DNA from: Gammaproteobacteria bacterium
GTDB taxonomy: Bacteria; Pseudomonadota; Gammaproteobacteria; CAJXQU01
Reading direction: 5' to 3'
DNA length: 64,000 bases
Assembly: GCA_026984775.1 (NCBI GenBank)
Contig: JALSRM010000069.1
Span: 28,939-92,938 of the forward strand
The translations under genes and the position numbers were made by a program. Shown one piece after another: positions 16,993 through 26,521 of the stretch. Within the stretch, counting starts at the first letter, position 1. The number at the start of each line of letters is the position of its first letter. A model generated the notes under the pieces. The model saw only the letters and a program-made list of their open reading frames with translations. It was not told the origin of the DNA and ran no database searches.

Positions 16993-18759
16993 ATGGCTGG
17001 CCTCATACCCCAGGATTTTATCGACGACCTGTTGAGTCGGACCGACATCGTTGATGTCATCGGCGACTACGTCCAGCTGCGCAAGGCAGGCAAGGACTTT
17101 CAAGGGCTCTGTCCATTCCATACTGAAAAAACACCCTCTTTCACCGTCAGCCAACTTAAACAGTTTTATCACTGCTTTGGCTGTGGGGCAAACGGTTCCG
17201 TGATTGGTTTTCTCATGGATTACAATCATCTCGATTTTGTCGAAGCCATCAAGGAATTGGCATCCCGAGCTGGAATGGAGCTTCCTGAAAATAACGAAAT
17301 TGGGAGAAAGCGTCCTGATAATGAGCCAATCTATAGCCTTCTTGAAGACGCAGCCCGTTTTTTCTCTCTCCAACTCCGTCAGCATCCGCAAAAAGAGCGC
17401 GCTGTCCATTATCTCAAAAATCGCGGCCTGACCGGAAAAATTGCGGCCATGTACAGAATAGGATTCGCTCCCCCTGGCTGGGACAACCTGCTGAAGACGA
17501 TAGGGAAGTCTTCTGAACACCTTGACCTTCTGCAACGTGCTGGTTTGACCATAGAAAAAGAGGGTAATGATAAAAGCGAAAAACACTACTATGACCGCTT
17601 TCGTGATCGCATCATGTTCCCAATCCAAGACTACAAAGGAAGGGTTATCGGCTTTGGGGGGCGTATCATCGATCAGGGAGAACCAAAATATCTCAATTGC
17701 CCAGAAACACCTGTTTTCCATAAGGGACGCGAGCTCTACGGTCTCTATGAGGCCCGAAAGTATTGCCGTGATCTGGATCGGATTCTGGTCGTGGAAGGCT
17801 ATATGGATGTTGTCGCGCTTGCCCAGTATGATCTCCAGAACACTGTTGCAACACTGGGCACAGCGATAACCAGTGATCACATCCAGCGTCTGTTCAAGAC
17901 AACATCCGAGATCGTTTATTGTTTTGATGGCGACAATGCTGGCCGGCGTGCTGCCTGGAAGGCACTCGAACTGTCGTTGCCTCTGCTTAAGGAGGGTCGT
18001 GCTGTCCAATTTTTGTTTCTGCCCGAAGGTGAAGATCCAGACAGTATGGTTCGTTCCCGCGGGAAAGACTTTTTCGAAAACAGGGAAAACTTCACCTCCC
18101 TGTCCGACTTTCTTTTTACTACACTGCTGCAAGACGTTGATATTCATCGCCTTGAAGGCCGTGCCCGTCTCGTCGACCTGGCCAAACCCCTCATCGCAAG
18201 GCTGCCTCAAGGGGCTTTGCGATCTCTGATGCAGCAGCAATTGAGCGAACTTTCACGACTGACGACAGACCAGATCCGCCAGCTCGTACCACCACCCTAT
18301 CCTGAAGTTGAAAAACCGAAACCTGTTCAGCGGTCCACGACTCGCCGTCATCGCCGTCTGACACGTTCCCTGGTCGAGCAGGCAATCCATATTCTTCTGA
18401 ATTACCCACACTTTGCACTCGAGATCGAATTTCCCATGGAACTCGAAGAACTCACCGATCCCCACTTGCCTTTAATCCAGGAACTTATTGGGCTGATTTC
18501 AGACAAACCGGATATCACGACAGGGCAGCTTCTGGAACACTGGCGAAACAAAAAAGTCTATCCAACTTTGGCAGAATTGGTGATGGCAAGGAAGGAACTA
18601 CCCGAGTCTGCAATCAAAACCGAATATGAGGGTATTCTTCAGGGTTTGAAAAATCACCTTCTAAAGCAGCGGCGTTCAGCCGTGATTCAAACCTCCAATG
18701 GCAAGATTACCGAACAAATCAAGGATGTCTTTAGACGAAAGAAACAGGATCAGGGCTAA
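16993..18759 (+). CDS. dnaG: DNA primase
   Basis: Zinc ribbon CPFHTEKTPSFTV...HCFGCG, a TOPRIM domain (EGYMDV, DGDNAGRRA) and a C-terminal helicase-interaction domain. rpsU-dnaG-rpoD synteny. Confidence 0.95.
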   Translation: MAGLIPQDFIDDLLSRTDIVDVIGDYVQLRKAGKDFQGLCPFHTEKTPSFTVSQLKQFYHCFGCGANGSVIGFLMDYNHLDFVEAIKELASRAGMELPENNEIGRKRPDNEPIYSLLEDAARFFSLQLRQHPQKERAVHYLKNRGLTGKIAAMYRIGFAPPGWDNLLKTIGKSSEHLDLLQRAGLTIEKEGNDKSEKHYYDRFRDRIMFPIQDYKGRVIGFGGRIIDQGEPKYLNCPETPVFHKGRELYGLYEARKYCRDLDRILVVEGYMDVVALAQYDLQNTVATLGTAITSDHIQRLFKTTSEIVYCFDGDNAGRRAAWKALELSLPLLKEGRAVQFLFLPEGEDPDSMVRSRGKDFFENRENFTSLSDFLFTTLLQDVDIHRLEGRARLVDLAKPLIARLPQGALRSLMQQQLSELSRLTTDQIRQLVPPPYPEVEKPKPVQRSTTRRHRRLTRSLVEQAIHILLNYPHFALEIEFPMELEELTDPHLPLIQELIGLISDKPDITTGQLLEHWRNKKVYPTLAELVMARKELPESAIKTEYEGILQGLKNHLLKQRRSAVIQTSNGKITEQIKDVFRRKKQDQG

Positions 18760-18935
18760 AAAGCCCTACTCTCGCAGAGTCGGATTATTTATTGTATAAT
18801 TAATAATTTGTGTCAGCTATGATCCTGGCGAGAATCAGGAGTTGATACTACACTTAATTGGTAATCGGCTCAGATAGTTACGAACAAACTCGTACTAACA
18901 TTTTTATTTTCAACATCAGACATTGAAGAGTATTA

Positions 18936-20780
18936 ATGGATAATACAAACGAAAACGCAACGTCACCTGTTTCGACCGACGAACAACGTTCTATGCTTAA
19001 GGACCTTATTGCCAAAGGCAAAGAACAGGGTTACCTGACTTATACCGAGGTCAATGATCACTTACCTGGTGAAATCGTCGATCCGGAACAAATCGAAGAG
19101 ATCATCAACATGATCAATGATATGGGTATCGCCGTACATGAAACAGCACCGGATGCCGATGCCCTTTTGATGTCAGACTCAGCCGTGACCGATAGTGAAG
19201 AAGCAGCCGAAGAGGCTGCTGCTGCACTTGCTCTGGTCTACAATGAATTTGGTCGTACAACCGATCCCGTACGCATGTATATGCGAGAGATGGGCACCGT
19301 CGATCTGCTTACTAGAGAGGGAGAGATCGTCATTGCCAAACGTATTGAAGAAGGTTTGAGTCAAGTTCTTGCAGCATTATCCGACTATCCGTATATCATG
19401 GACAAAGTCCTCAATGAATACCAAAAGGTCGAGTCGGAAGAGATCAAGCTTACCGATCTCATCAGCGGATTTTTTGATCCGAATGAAGAAGCTGCCCAAC
19501 CAGCACCGCGGCCAACTGCAGAAGTCGCAGACGATACCGATGAAGAGGAAGAAGTCGAGGATGCCAATGCCCTTGATCCGGAAGAGGCTCGGAAACGCTT
19601 TATTACCATGGCCAAACTCCACGAAAAGGTGCTTGCGTCCACAAAAAAACTGGGCAGGAATCATGAAAAGACCAAGGCCCTGAGAAAAGAGCTTGCTGAA
19701 CGTTTCCGTGAATTCAAATTCACACCCAAAATGATCGATCGGTTGAACAAGGAAGTCCGTGGAATCGTAGACGAAATCCGCAAACAGGAAAAGGCGATAA
19801 TGACCGCCTGTACGAAGAGGGCGGGTATGCCGCGTAAGGACTTCATTGCCTCCTTTACGGACAATGAAACAAATCTTGAATGGACTGACGAACTGATTGC
19901 CGCAGGTAAACCTTGGTCAGAAAAGATCAAGGAAGAGCAAGAGGTGATCAAGTCTGCCCAGAAACGGCTACTTGCCGTCGAATTGATGTCCAATATGTCC
20001 ATTCCCGAGATCAAGGACATCAACCGCCGTATGTCTATTGGTGAGGCAAAGGCAAGACGGGCGAAAAAAGAAATGGTTGAAGCAAACTTGCGACTGGTAA
20101 TCTCGATTGCCAAAAAGTACACCAACCGCGGACTACTTTTCCTGGATCTGATCCAGGAAGGCAACATTGGACTGATGAAGGCAGTAGATAAATTCGAATA
20201 TCGTCGTGGTTATAAGTTCTCTACCTATGCAACCTGGTGGATCAGGCAGGCAATTACACGCTCAATTGCTGATCAGGCGCGCACTATCCGTATCCCGGTG
20301 CATATGATCGAGACGATTAACAAACTCAACCGTATCTCCCGTCAGATCTTGCAGGAAAAGGGGCGTGAACCCACACCCGAAGAGCTGTCTGAACGCATGC
20401 AGATGCCTGAAGACAAGGTCCGCAAAGTCTTAAAAATTGCCAAGGAACCCATCTCAATGGAGACACCTATCGGTGATGATGAAGATTCACATCTTGGCGA
20501 CTTTATTGAGGACACCAATATTCAGGCACCGATCGAATCGGCCACATTCGAAAGTCTATGCAAGACCACGCGCGATGTCCTGGAAGGCTTGACACCTCGG
20601 GAAGCCAAGGTTCTGCGCATGCGTTTCGGTATTGGCATGAACACCGATCATACGCTGGAAGAAGTCGGCAAGCAGTTTGACGTAACCCGTGAGCGTATAC
20701 GTCAGATCGAAGCCAAGGCGCTGAGAAAGCTTCGACATCCTTCACGTTCAGAACAGCTTCGAACATTTCTGGATAATTGA
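18936..20780 (+). CDS. rpoD: RNA polymerase sigma-70 factor RpoD
   Basis: Region 1.1 acidic N-terminus. Region 2 is [58 protein letters not shown]. Region 4 is [12 protein letters not shown]...[29 protein letters not shown]. Confidence 0.97.
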   Translation: MDNTNENATSPVSTDEQRSMLKDLIAKGKEQGYLTYTEVNDHLPGEIVDPEQIEEIINMINDMGIAVHETAPDADALLMSDSAVTDSEEAAEEAAAALALVYNEFGRTTDPVRMYMREMGTVDLLTREGEIVIAKRIEEGLSQVLAALSDYPYIMDKVLNEYQKVESEEIKLTDLISGFFDPNEEAAQPAPRPTAEVADDTDEEEEVEDANALDPEEARKRFITMAKLHEKVLASTKKLGRNHEKTKALRKELAERFREFKFTPKMIDRLNKEVRGIVDEIRKQEKAIMTACTKRAGMPRKDFIASFTDNETNLEWTDELIAAGKPWSEKIKEEQEVIKSAQKRLLAVELMSNMSIPEIKDINRRMSIGEAKARRAKKEMVEANLRLVISIAKKYTNRGLLFLDLIQEGNIGLMKAVDKFEYRRGYKFSTYATWWIRQAITRSIADQARTIRIPVHMIETINKLNRISRQILQEKGREPTPEELSERMQMPEDKVRKVLKIAKEPISMETPIGDDEDSHLGDFIEDTNIQAPIESATFESLCKTTRDVLEGLTPREAKVLRMRFGIGMNTDHTLEEVGKQFDVTRERIRQIEAKALRKLRHPSRSEQLRTFLDN

Positions 20781-20787
20781 TACTGTT

Positions 20788-20820
20788 CCCGGATCAGGGA
20801 AGGTGGCACCCTGATCCGGC
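20788..20820 (+). terminator. Stem-loop downstream of rpoD (possible partial terminator/processing site before tRNA)
   Basis: CCCGGATCAGGG aaggtggca CCCTGATCCGG, an 11-bp perfect inverted repeat. The 3' flank is only weakly U-rich. Confidence 0.35.
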
Positions 20821-20865
20821 TCTTCCAGCATTTCTATCTGTCCGTTATACTTCACTCCTCACATC

Positions 20866-20942
20866 GGGCCTGTAGCTCAGTTGGTTAGAGCAGTGGACTC
20901 ATAATCCATTGGTCGGAGGTTCGAGTCCTCCCGGGCCCACCA
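20866..20942 (+). tRNA. ileX: tRNA with anticodon CAT; probably tRNA-Ile2 (lysidine, k2CAU), alternatively elongator tRNA-Met
   Basis: 77-nt cloverleaf GGGCCTGTAGCTCAGTTGGTTAGAGCAGTGGACTCATAATCCATTGGTCGGAGGTTCGAGTCCTCCCGGGCCCACCA. 7-bp acceptor stem with C4-G69/C5-G68 (TilS identity elements), discriminator A, encoded CCA. The location directly after rpoD mirrors E. coli ileX. Confidence 0.85.
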
Positions 20943-21175
20943 TTTTGTCATCTACAGGCGACATATTCTTCCATTAAACTGCCATTTCATTTTTGCTTCC
21001 TTGCACTGGAACAGATCAATTATTTCATCCTGACGTACAATTCACTGATTTCACAAGAGTTCTCTGGACTTTTAAAGGAATTGTCAATTCTCTATTCACA
21101 CGCTTGTGGTGGCATAGTTGATGCCTGATTATACAGGCAGTCGTTCTTTATCATATTTTTTCGGAGGGTATTACG

Positions 21176-21556
21176 TTGAGTGAATCAGTTGGGTTAATCG
21201 GGAAAGGAATTGAGTTCACAGGAGATATAAACTTCGAAGGAACGCTCAGGATCGAAGGTCAGGTCAGCGGAACGATCAAAGGAGAAACGGGTACCGTTTC
21301 AATCGGTGACAGCGGAAATGTCAAAGCTGATATCATTTCCAATATTTGTATTATTGACGGTACACTTGAAGGTGATCTTCAAGCGAAGACAAAAGTGGAA
21401 ATTACGAAAACAGGTCGCTTGCGCGGGAATGTTATTACTCGTGATCTGGTCATTGCTGAAGGTGCTATTTTTGAAGGCTCTTTGGAAATGGTCAAGGAAT
21501 CAGGTTTTGCAACGATGCCTGATCGGAACGAGCAGCAGACATTGCAGACAGCCTGA
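21176..21556 (+). CDS. Bactofilin family polymer-forming cytoskeletal protein
   Basis: Repetitive beta-helix signature IEFTGDINFEGTLRIEGQVSGTIKGETGTVSIGDSGNVKADIISNICIIDGTLEGDL...LRGNVITRDLVIAEGAIFEGSL. TTG start 7 nt after GGAGGG SD. Confidence 0.75.
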   Translation: MSESVGLIGKGIEFTGDINFEGTLRIEGQVSGTIKGETGTVSIGDSGNVKADIISNICIIDGTLEGDLQAKTKVEITKTGRLRGNVITRDLVIAEGAIFEGSLEMVKESGFATMPDRNEQQTLQTA

Positions 21557-21574
21557 GTTTCCCCATTCACTCTT

Positions 21575-21606
21575 CCCGGTCAGGATCTGGCCGGGGAACG
21601 TTTTGA
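21575..21606 (+). terminator. Putative intrinsic terminator after bactofilin gene
   Basis: CCCGGTCAG gat CTGGCCGGG stem with one mismatch, followed by GAACGTTTTGAG. Confidence 0.35.
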
Positions 21607-21719
21607 GCACTGATCCCATCTCAGTTTTAAGGTAAACTTGCAGCCGGAATTTCGCACCGGCTCGCAAGAAAACCGGCCGGTGACGCCTTTTAATTCACCA
21701 TCTTGATTATTATTCATTC

Positions 21720-22805
21720 ATGAAAGAATCCCTGATCCAAAAACTGGAAAATATTGCTGATCGCAAAATTGAGCTGGAAGGCATGCTTGCCGAACCTGAG
21801 ATCATCAACGATCAAAACCGATTCCGGAAATTGTCTCGCGAATATGCAGATGTAGAACCTGTTGTTTCCTGCTTTCAGCATTACCGGGAAGCAATAGAAA
21901 CTCAGAAAAATGCCCGGGAAATGCTCAAGGACCCAGATCCTGAAATGCGTGAGCTGGCGAACGAGGAACTGAAACAAGCCGCGTCAGAGATCGAGAAACT
22001 TGAAAAACAACTAAAGATTCTCCTTCTACCCAAAGATCCCTCGGATGACAGCAACCTATTTCTTGAAATACGTGCCGGCACCGGTGGCGACGAAGCGGCT
22101 CTATTCGCTGGTGATTTGTTACGGATGTACACCCGTTACGCAGAATCCCAGAACTGGAAAATAGAACCCATTAATGAAAGTATCAGCGAGACAGGTGGAT
22201 ACAAAGAGGTGATTATTCGTATTATTGGTCAAGGTGCCTACTCCAGACTCAAATTCGAATCCGGAGCACACCGGGTGCAACGCGTCCCTGAAACCGAATC
22301 ACAAGGGCGTATCCATACCTCGGCCTGTACCGTTGCTGTCCTGCCGGAAGTGGATGAAATCGAAGACATCGAAATCAATCCTGCTGATCTGCGTATAGAT
22401 ACCTTTCGTGCATCCGGTGCGGGCGGTCAGCATGTAAACAAAACCGACTCTGCCATCCGAATCACACATTTGCCCACCGGGGTGGTCGTCGAGTGTCAAG
22501 ATGAACGCTCACAGCATAAGAACAAGGCACATGCGATGAACCTGCTGAAATCAAGACTGCTCGCTGCCGAACGGGAAAAACAGCAAACAGAGCAGGCAGA
22601 AAACCGTCGTAACCTGGTCGGGAGTGGCGACCGTTCGGAAAGGATCCGAACTTACAACTACCCACAGGGACGCGTCACCGATCACCGCATCAATCTGACC
22701 CTTTACAAGCTTGACCAAATTATGGAAGGCGACCTCGATCTCATCATTGAACCCCTGATCCAAGAACATCAGGCCGATCTGATCGCATCCCTGTCAGAAA
22801 CATGA
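21720..22805 (+). CDS. prfA: Peptide chain release factor 1
   Basis: GGQ motif [25 protein letters not shown] and RF1-type PxT region. 361 aa. Confidence 0.96.
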   Translation: MKESLIQKLENIADRKIELEGMLAEPEIINDQNRFRKLSREYADVEPVVSCFQHYREAIETQKNAREMLKDPDPEMRELANEELKQAASEIEKLEKQLKILLLPKDPSDDSNLFLEIRAGTGGDEAALFAGDLLRMYTRYAESQNWKIEPINESISETGGYKEVIIRIIGQGAYSRLKFESGAHRVQRVPETESQGRIHTSACTVAVLPEVDEIEDIEINPADLRIDTFRASGAGGQHVNKTDSAIRITHLPTGVVVECQDERSQHKNKAHAMNLLKSRLLAAEREKQQTEQAENRRNLVGSGDRSERIRTYNYPQGRVTDHRINLTLYKLDQIMEGDLDLIIEPLIQEHQADLIASLSET

Positions 22806-23653
22806 TGACGGTATCGGCCCTGATTGAACTTGGCCGCAAATCTCTGATCCATTCCGACACCGCACTGCTCGATGCTCAGGTCCTGCTGTGCCATGTCCTC
22901 GGTGTCGATCGCAGCTATCTTTACAAGGCCCCAGAGGAGAAAGTTCCTGATCACGTCCGACAAGCCTATCAGAAACTGGTTAATCAAAGACAACAGGGTG
23001 TACCGGTTTCATATCTCACAGGCAACAAGGAATTCTGGTCATTGGATTTGAAAGTAGACAAGTACACCCTTATCCCGCGACCGGAAACAGAACTGCTGGT
23101 CGAGATCGCTCTTGAAATAATCCATCAACAGTCTATCCGTTCAATTGCTGACTTGGGAACAGGAACAGGAGCCGTTGCGTTGGCCCTGGCATCAGAGATC
23201 AGAAAAGATTTCCCTGACTGTTCAATCATTGCAACGGATATTTCTCCAGAAGCTCTAGAAATTGCTAAAGAGAACATGGAGAACTTAGAAATTAACAATC
23301 TCATCCTCAAACAAGGTAACTGGTGCAAGGCACTGGATGACACAAGGCTCGATCTGATCGTCAGCAACCCGCCCTATATCGCTGAAAACCATTCTTGCCT
23401 AAAAGAAGGTGATGTAAGATATGAACCGATGCTGGCATTAAAAAGCGGTAGTGATGGTCTCAATGCCATCCGCGAGATTATCCATACGGCTCCTGAGCAT
23501 TTGAACCCGGGAGGTTGGTTGCTACTCGAACATGGTCACGATCAGAAACAAGCGATACACGAACTACTGGGAAGAGAGGATTTCCATAAAGTGGAGACTC
23601 GCAGGGACTATGCTGGTCTGGACAGAGTAACCCTGGCACAGGTACGACAATGA
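22802..23653 (+). CDS. prmC: Release factor glutamine N5-methyltransferase PrmC (HemK)
   Basis: SAM-binding motif [13 protein letters not shown] and NPPY motif (VSNPPYI). Start overlaps the prfA stop (ATGA). Confidence 0.93.
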   Translation: MMTVSALIELGRKSLIHSDTALLDAQVLLCHVLGVDRSYLYKAPEEKVPDHVRQAYQKLVNQRQQGVPVSYLTGNKEFWSLDLKVDKYTLIPRPETELLVEIALEIIHQQSIRSIADLGTGTGAVALALASEIRKDFPDCSIIATDISPEALEIAKENMENLEINNLILKQGNWCKALDDTRLDLIVSNPPYIAENHSCLKEGDVRYEPMLALKSGSDGLNAIREIIHTAPEHLNPGGWLLLEHGHDQKQAIHELLGREDFHKVETRRDYAGLDRVTLAQVRQ

Positions 23654-23820
23654 TGAGCCGATCCGATTGGAAAAAACGGATACAGAAAGCTTGGCAAGAG
23701 ATTCCAACAGGCTGGGAAACCCACGTTCAGCATGCCTATGCTGCTCGTTATTTATTCCGCCAGAAGAAAGCCGACAAGAATGATCGCAGACGTCACTGGC
23801 AACAGTATCTCGATCCATGA
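23650..23820 (+). CDS. Small basic hypothetical protein (56 aa), translationally coupled between prmC and moeB
   Basis: ATGATG start overlaps the prmC stop (caATGAtg). Its TGA stop overlaps the moeB ATG (ccATGAaa). Translation: [56 protein letters not shown]. Below the 60-aa ORF-track cutoff. Confidence 0.5.
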   Translation: MMSRSDWKKRIQKAWQEIPTGWETHVQHAYAARYLFRQKKADKNDRRRHWQQYLDP

Positions 23821-24569
23821 AAGACGAACAGCTCCTCCGTTACAGCCGGCAGATTATGCTGCCGGAACTGGATGTTGCAGGCCAGCAGGCATTGCTCGAT
23901 GCCACAGTAATGATCATGGGTCTGGGCGGTCTCGGATCACCGGCATCCATGTATCTGGCCGCAGCAGGTGTGGGTCACTTGGTACTGGTCGATTTTGACA
24001 CCGTGGAGCTGTCGAATCTACAGCGTCAAATCGTTCATGTCACCGCAGATACCGGTCGCCCCAAGGTTGAGTCTGCCCGTGATCATTTACATGCATTGAA
24101 CCCTGATTGCGAAATCACCTTGATTAATAAACTTCTCGTGGAGAAGGAGCTCCGCGAAGAGATTGAAAAAGTCGATGTGGTTGTCGATGGTAGCGACAAT
24201 TTCCAGACTCGATTTCTGGTCAACAAAGCCTGTGTCAAAACACAAAAACCGCTCGTTTCCGGAGCGGCAATCCGCTTTGAAGGTCAGATCAGCACCTTTG
24301 ATCAACGTGAAATGGAGAGCCCGTGCTACCAATGCCTCTACAACGATGAAACAGCCATCAACGAAACCTGTAGTGAAACTGGTGTCATTGCACCTCTACT
24401 TGGGATCATTGGTTCCTTACAGGCTCTCGAAACGATCAAGCTAATCACAGAAACAGGTAACCCTTTGATCGGCCGTCTGCTTCTTTTCGACGCCATGAGA
24501 AGTGAGTTTCAGGTGATGCGATTTCGCAAGGATCCCGCATGTCCCGTCTGTGGTAAGCACCAATTATGA
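23817..24569 (+). CDS. moeB: MoeB/ThiF-family E1-like adenylyltransferase (molybdopterin-synthase adenylyltransferase-like)
   Basis: Glycine-rich nucleotide loop GLGGLGSP and paired zinc motifs CYQC...CPVCG. 250 aa with no rhodanese domain. Confidence 0.88.
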   Translation: MKDEQLLRYSRQIMLPELDVAGQQALLDATVMIMGLGGLGSPASMYLAAAGVGHLVLVDFDTVELSNLQRQIVHVTADTGRPKVESARDHLHALNPDCEITLINKLLVEKELREEIEKVDVVVDGSDNFQTRFLVNKACVKTQKPLVSGAAIRFEGQISTFDQREMESPCYQCLYNDETAINETCSETGVIAPLLGIIGSLQALETIKLITETGNPLIGRLLLFDAMRSEFQVMRFRKDPACPVCGKHQL

Positions 24570-24976
24570 GTCACTACCAATTCAGATTTCCCCAAAGCCT
24601 GATGGGGCATATAGTGGACCATGCACTTGAGACACCAGAGATCGAAGTATGTGGACTGATCGCGGCAAGAATGAGTGAAGTCAGCAGTGTCTACCGCATC
24701 CCAAATGTTGCTAAGGACCAAACCATTTCTTTCTTTATGGAGCCACAGGCCCAGATTGCTGCGTTAAAGACCATGCGCAAGTATGGAGAACACCTGTGTG
24801 GAATCTATCATTCACATCCTGCCAGCGATCCTCTCCCTTCGAAAAAGGATCTCGAAGAAGCTGCCTACCCCCACACGCTCTATCTCATTGTTTCTCTGAA
24901 GAACGGGAAACCCGAACTGGGCTCCTTTCTGTTTGACGGGAAAGGCTTTCGCACAGTTGAATTGCAGATTGTCTGA
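24566..24976 (+). CDS. JAMM/MPN+ (Mov34) family metallopeptidase, Mec+-like
   Basis: Intact JAMM motif: E (EIEVCGLI) ... HSHPASDPLPSKKD, which is HxHx7Sx2D. ATGA overlap with the moeB stop. 136 aa. Confidence 0.85.
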   Translation: MSHYQFRFPQSLMGHIVDHALETPEIEVCGLIAARMSEVSSVYRIPNVAKDQTISFFMEPQAQIAALKTMRKYGEHLCGIYHSHPASDPLPSKKDLEEAAYPHTLYLIVSLKNGKPELGSFLFDGKGFRTVELQIV

Positions 24977-24983
24977 TCCCAAT

Positions 24984-25676
24984 TTATTCCAACCACTTCT
25001 CAAGCAGGCAACCCATCTCCTCCACTGTCATTGGAGGTTTGGCCGTTTCAAACCAAAGGACGGACTGGGCTGCAATCATTTCTGCTAATGCCCTGCCATT
25101 GGTCAGCCCGGAATCATCCCGGCAGGCATCCGGCTCTTTAGAAAGAATGTTGAGAGCCGCACCCAAAACCTTTTCCCGATCACTGGACCGACTGCCGGGA
25201 ACGACACTGGCACGATCGGGAGTCTCTGGCAGGGTCATTTCAGGCACAGGTTTTTTTACCACATTCAGTACGAATTGCATGAGACTGTCCAATGCATCAG
25301 GAACCGTGATCCCGGTTTCTATTAGCCAGCGATAATAGCTGGCTGATTCCACACGCCATTTCTCAGGTGGATCATACAGATTGCTAACGGCAGGCCCTGC
25401 GCCTTCCGAGGACAACGCTTTCAGGCTGTTCCAAGCCTTCTGCGCTTGCTCAGTAAACCCTTCAATCGCGATAAAAGTGTCTTTCTCGTCCGGATCCAAC
25501 CCTAACGCCAGTGGAAGAGCCTGATCCCGTAACAACCACTCATCCTGTTTGATCCATTTCTCAAAGATCTTTTGCTGGTAAAAGGGATCCTTTTGTTGCT
25601 CTTCCGTAATACGATCCTGCACAATACCGTTCAAATGCTCTATCGCCTGAAGTAGTTTTTCCGTCAGGTTACTCAT
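24984..25676 (-). CDS. Hypothetical protein (230 aa), no recognisable domain
   Basis: Continuous ORF convergent on the JAMM gene. Acidic, helical-looking. No motif recognised. Confidence 0.5.
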   Translation of the reverse strand: MSNLTEKLLQAIEHLNGIVQDRITEEQQKDPFYQQKIFEKWIKQDEWLLRDQALPLALGLDPDEKDTFIAIEGFTEQAQKAWNSLKALSSEGAGPAVSNLYDPPEKWRVESASYYRWLIETGITVPDALDSLMQFVLNVVKKPVPEMTLPETPDRASVVPGSRSSDREKVLGAALNILSKEPDACRDDSGLTNGRALAEMIAAQSVLWFETAKPPMTVEEMGCLLEKWLE

Positions 25677-25742
25677 TCAATCTCTCCAAAACTTATCCTG
25701 AAAAGTTGTACAATAGACTACCCTAAATTTTACTGATCAGAC

Positions 25743-26513
25743 ATGCAAATCATTATTTCACCAGCTAAAACTCTGGATTTTGAGACAAAACCAAAAATTT
25801 CTGAATATACCCAACCTGAGTTTCTGGAACAGAGTTGTGAGTTGGTTGATCAACTGAAACAGCTCACACCAGATGACCTTGCCTCACTGATGAAGCTCAG
25901 TGATAAACTGGCATTACTTAATTACGAACGTTATCAAAGCTGGCGTACTCCCTTTACGCCTGAAAATTCCAAACAGTGTGTTTATGCGTTCAAGGGTGAC
26001 GTCTATACCGGACTGGAAGTGGCGAGCTTGGATAAGGCAGACATCGATTTTGCCCAGAACCATCTCAAGATCCTCTCTGGCCTGTATGGACTGCTGAGGC
26101 CGCTGGATCTGATCCAGCCATATCGTCTCGAAATGGGGACGCCACTCAAAAACCCGAGAGGTGATAATCTATATCGGTTTTGGGGAAACCTGATCACACA
26201 GAAACTAAATGACTCCCTCGAAGAAAACCCTGTATTGATCAATCTTGCGTCCAACGAATATTCCAAAGCGGTCAATTTTGATAACCTTGATGCTGACGTC
26301 ATCACACCGATATTCAAAGACAAGAAAAATGACGAATACAAACTGATCAGCTTTTATGCAAAAAAAGCCCGTGGTCTTATGAGCCGATTCATCATCACTC
26401 ATCGGATCACCAAACCCGATCAGATCAAGGCATTTGATCTGGCCGGGTACCGATTCAGTCCCTCCCTCTCAAAAGAAAGAGAATGGGTATTTACTCGTGA
26501 TGCGCCAGCATGA
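25743..26513 (+). CDS. yaaA: Peroxide stress protein YaaA (UPF0246/DUF328)
   Basis: MQIIISPAKTLDFE... and YQSWRTPF are hallmarks of the YaaA family. 256 aa. Confidence 0.92.
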   Translation: MQIIISPAKTLDFETKPKISEYTQPEFLEQSCELVDQLKQLTPDDLASLMKLSDKLALLNYERYQSWRTPFTPENSKQCVYAFKGDVYTGLEVASLDKADIDFAQNHLKILSGLYGLLRPLDLIQPYRLEMGTPLKNPRGDNLYRFWGNLITQKLNDSLEENPVLINLASNEYSKAVNFDNLDADVITPIFKDKKNDEYKLISFYAKKARGLMSRFIITHRITKPDQIKAFDLAGYRFSPSLSKEREWVFTRDAPA

Positions 26514-26521
26514 ACCAGCTT

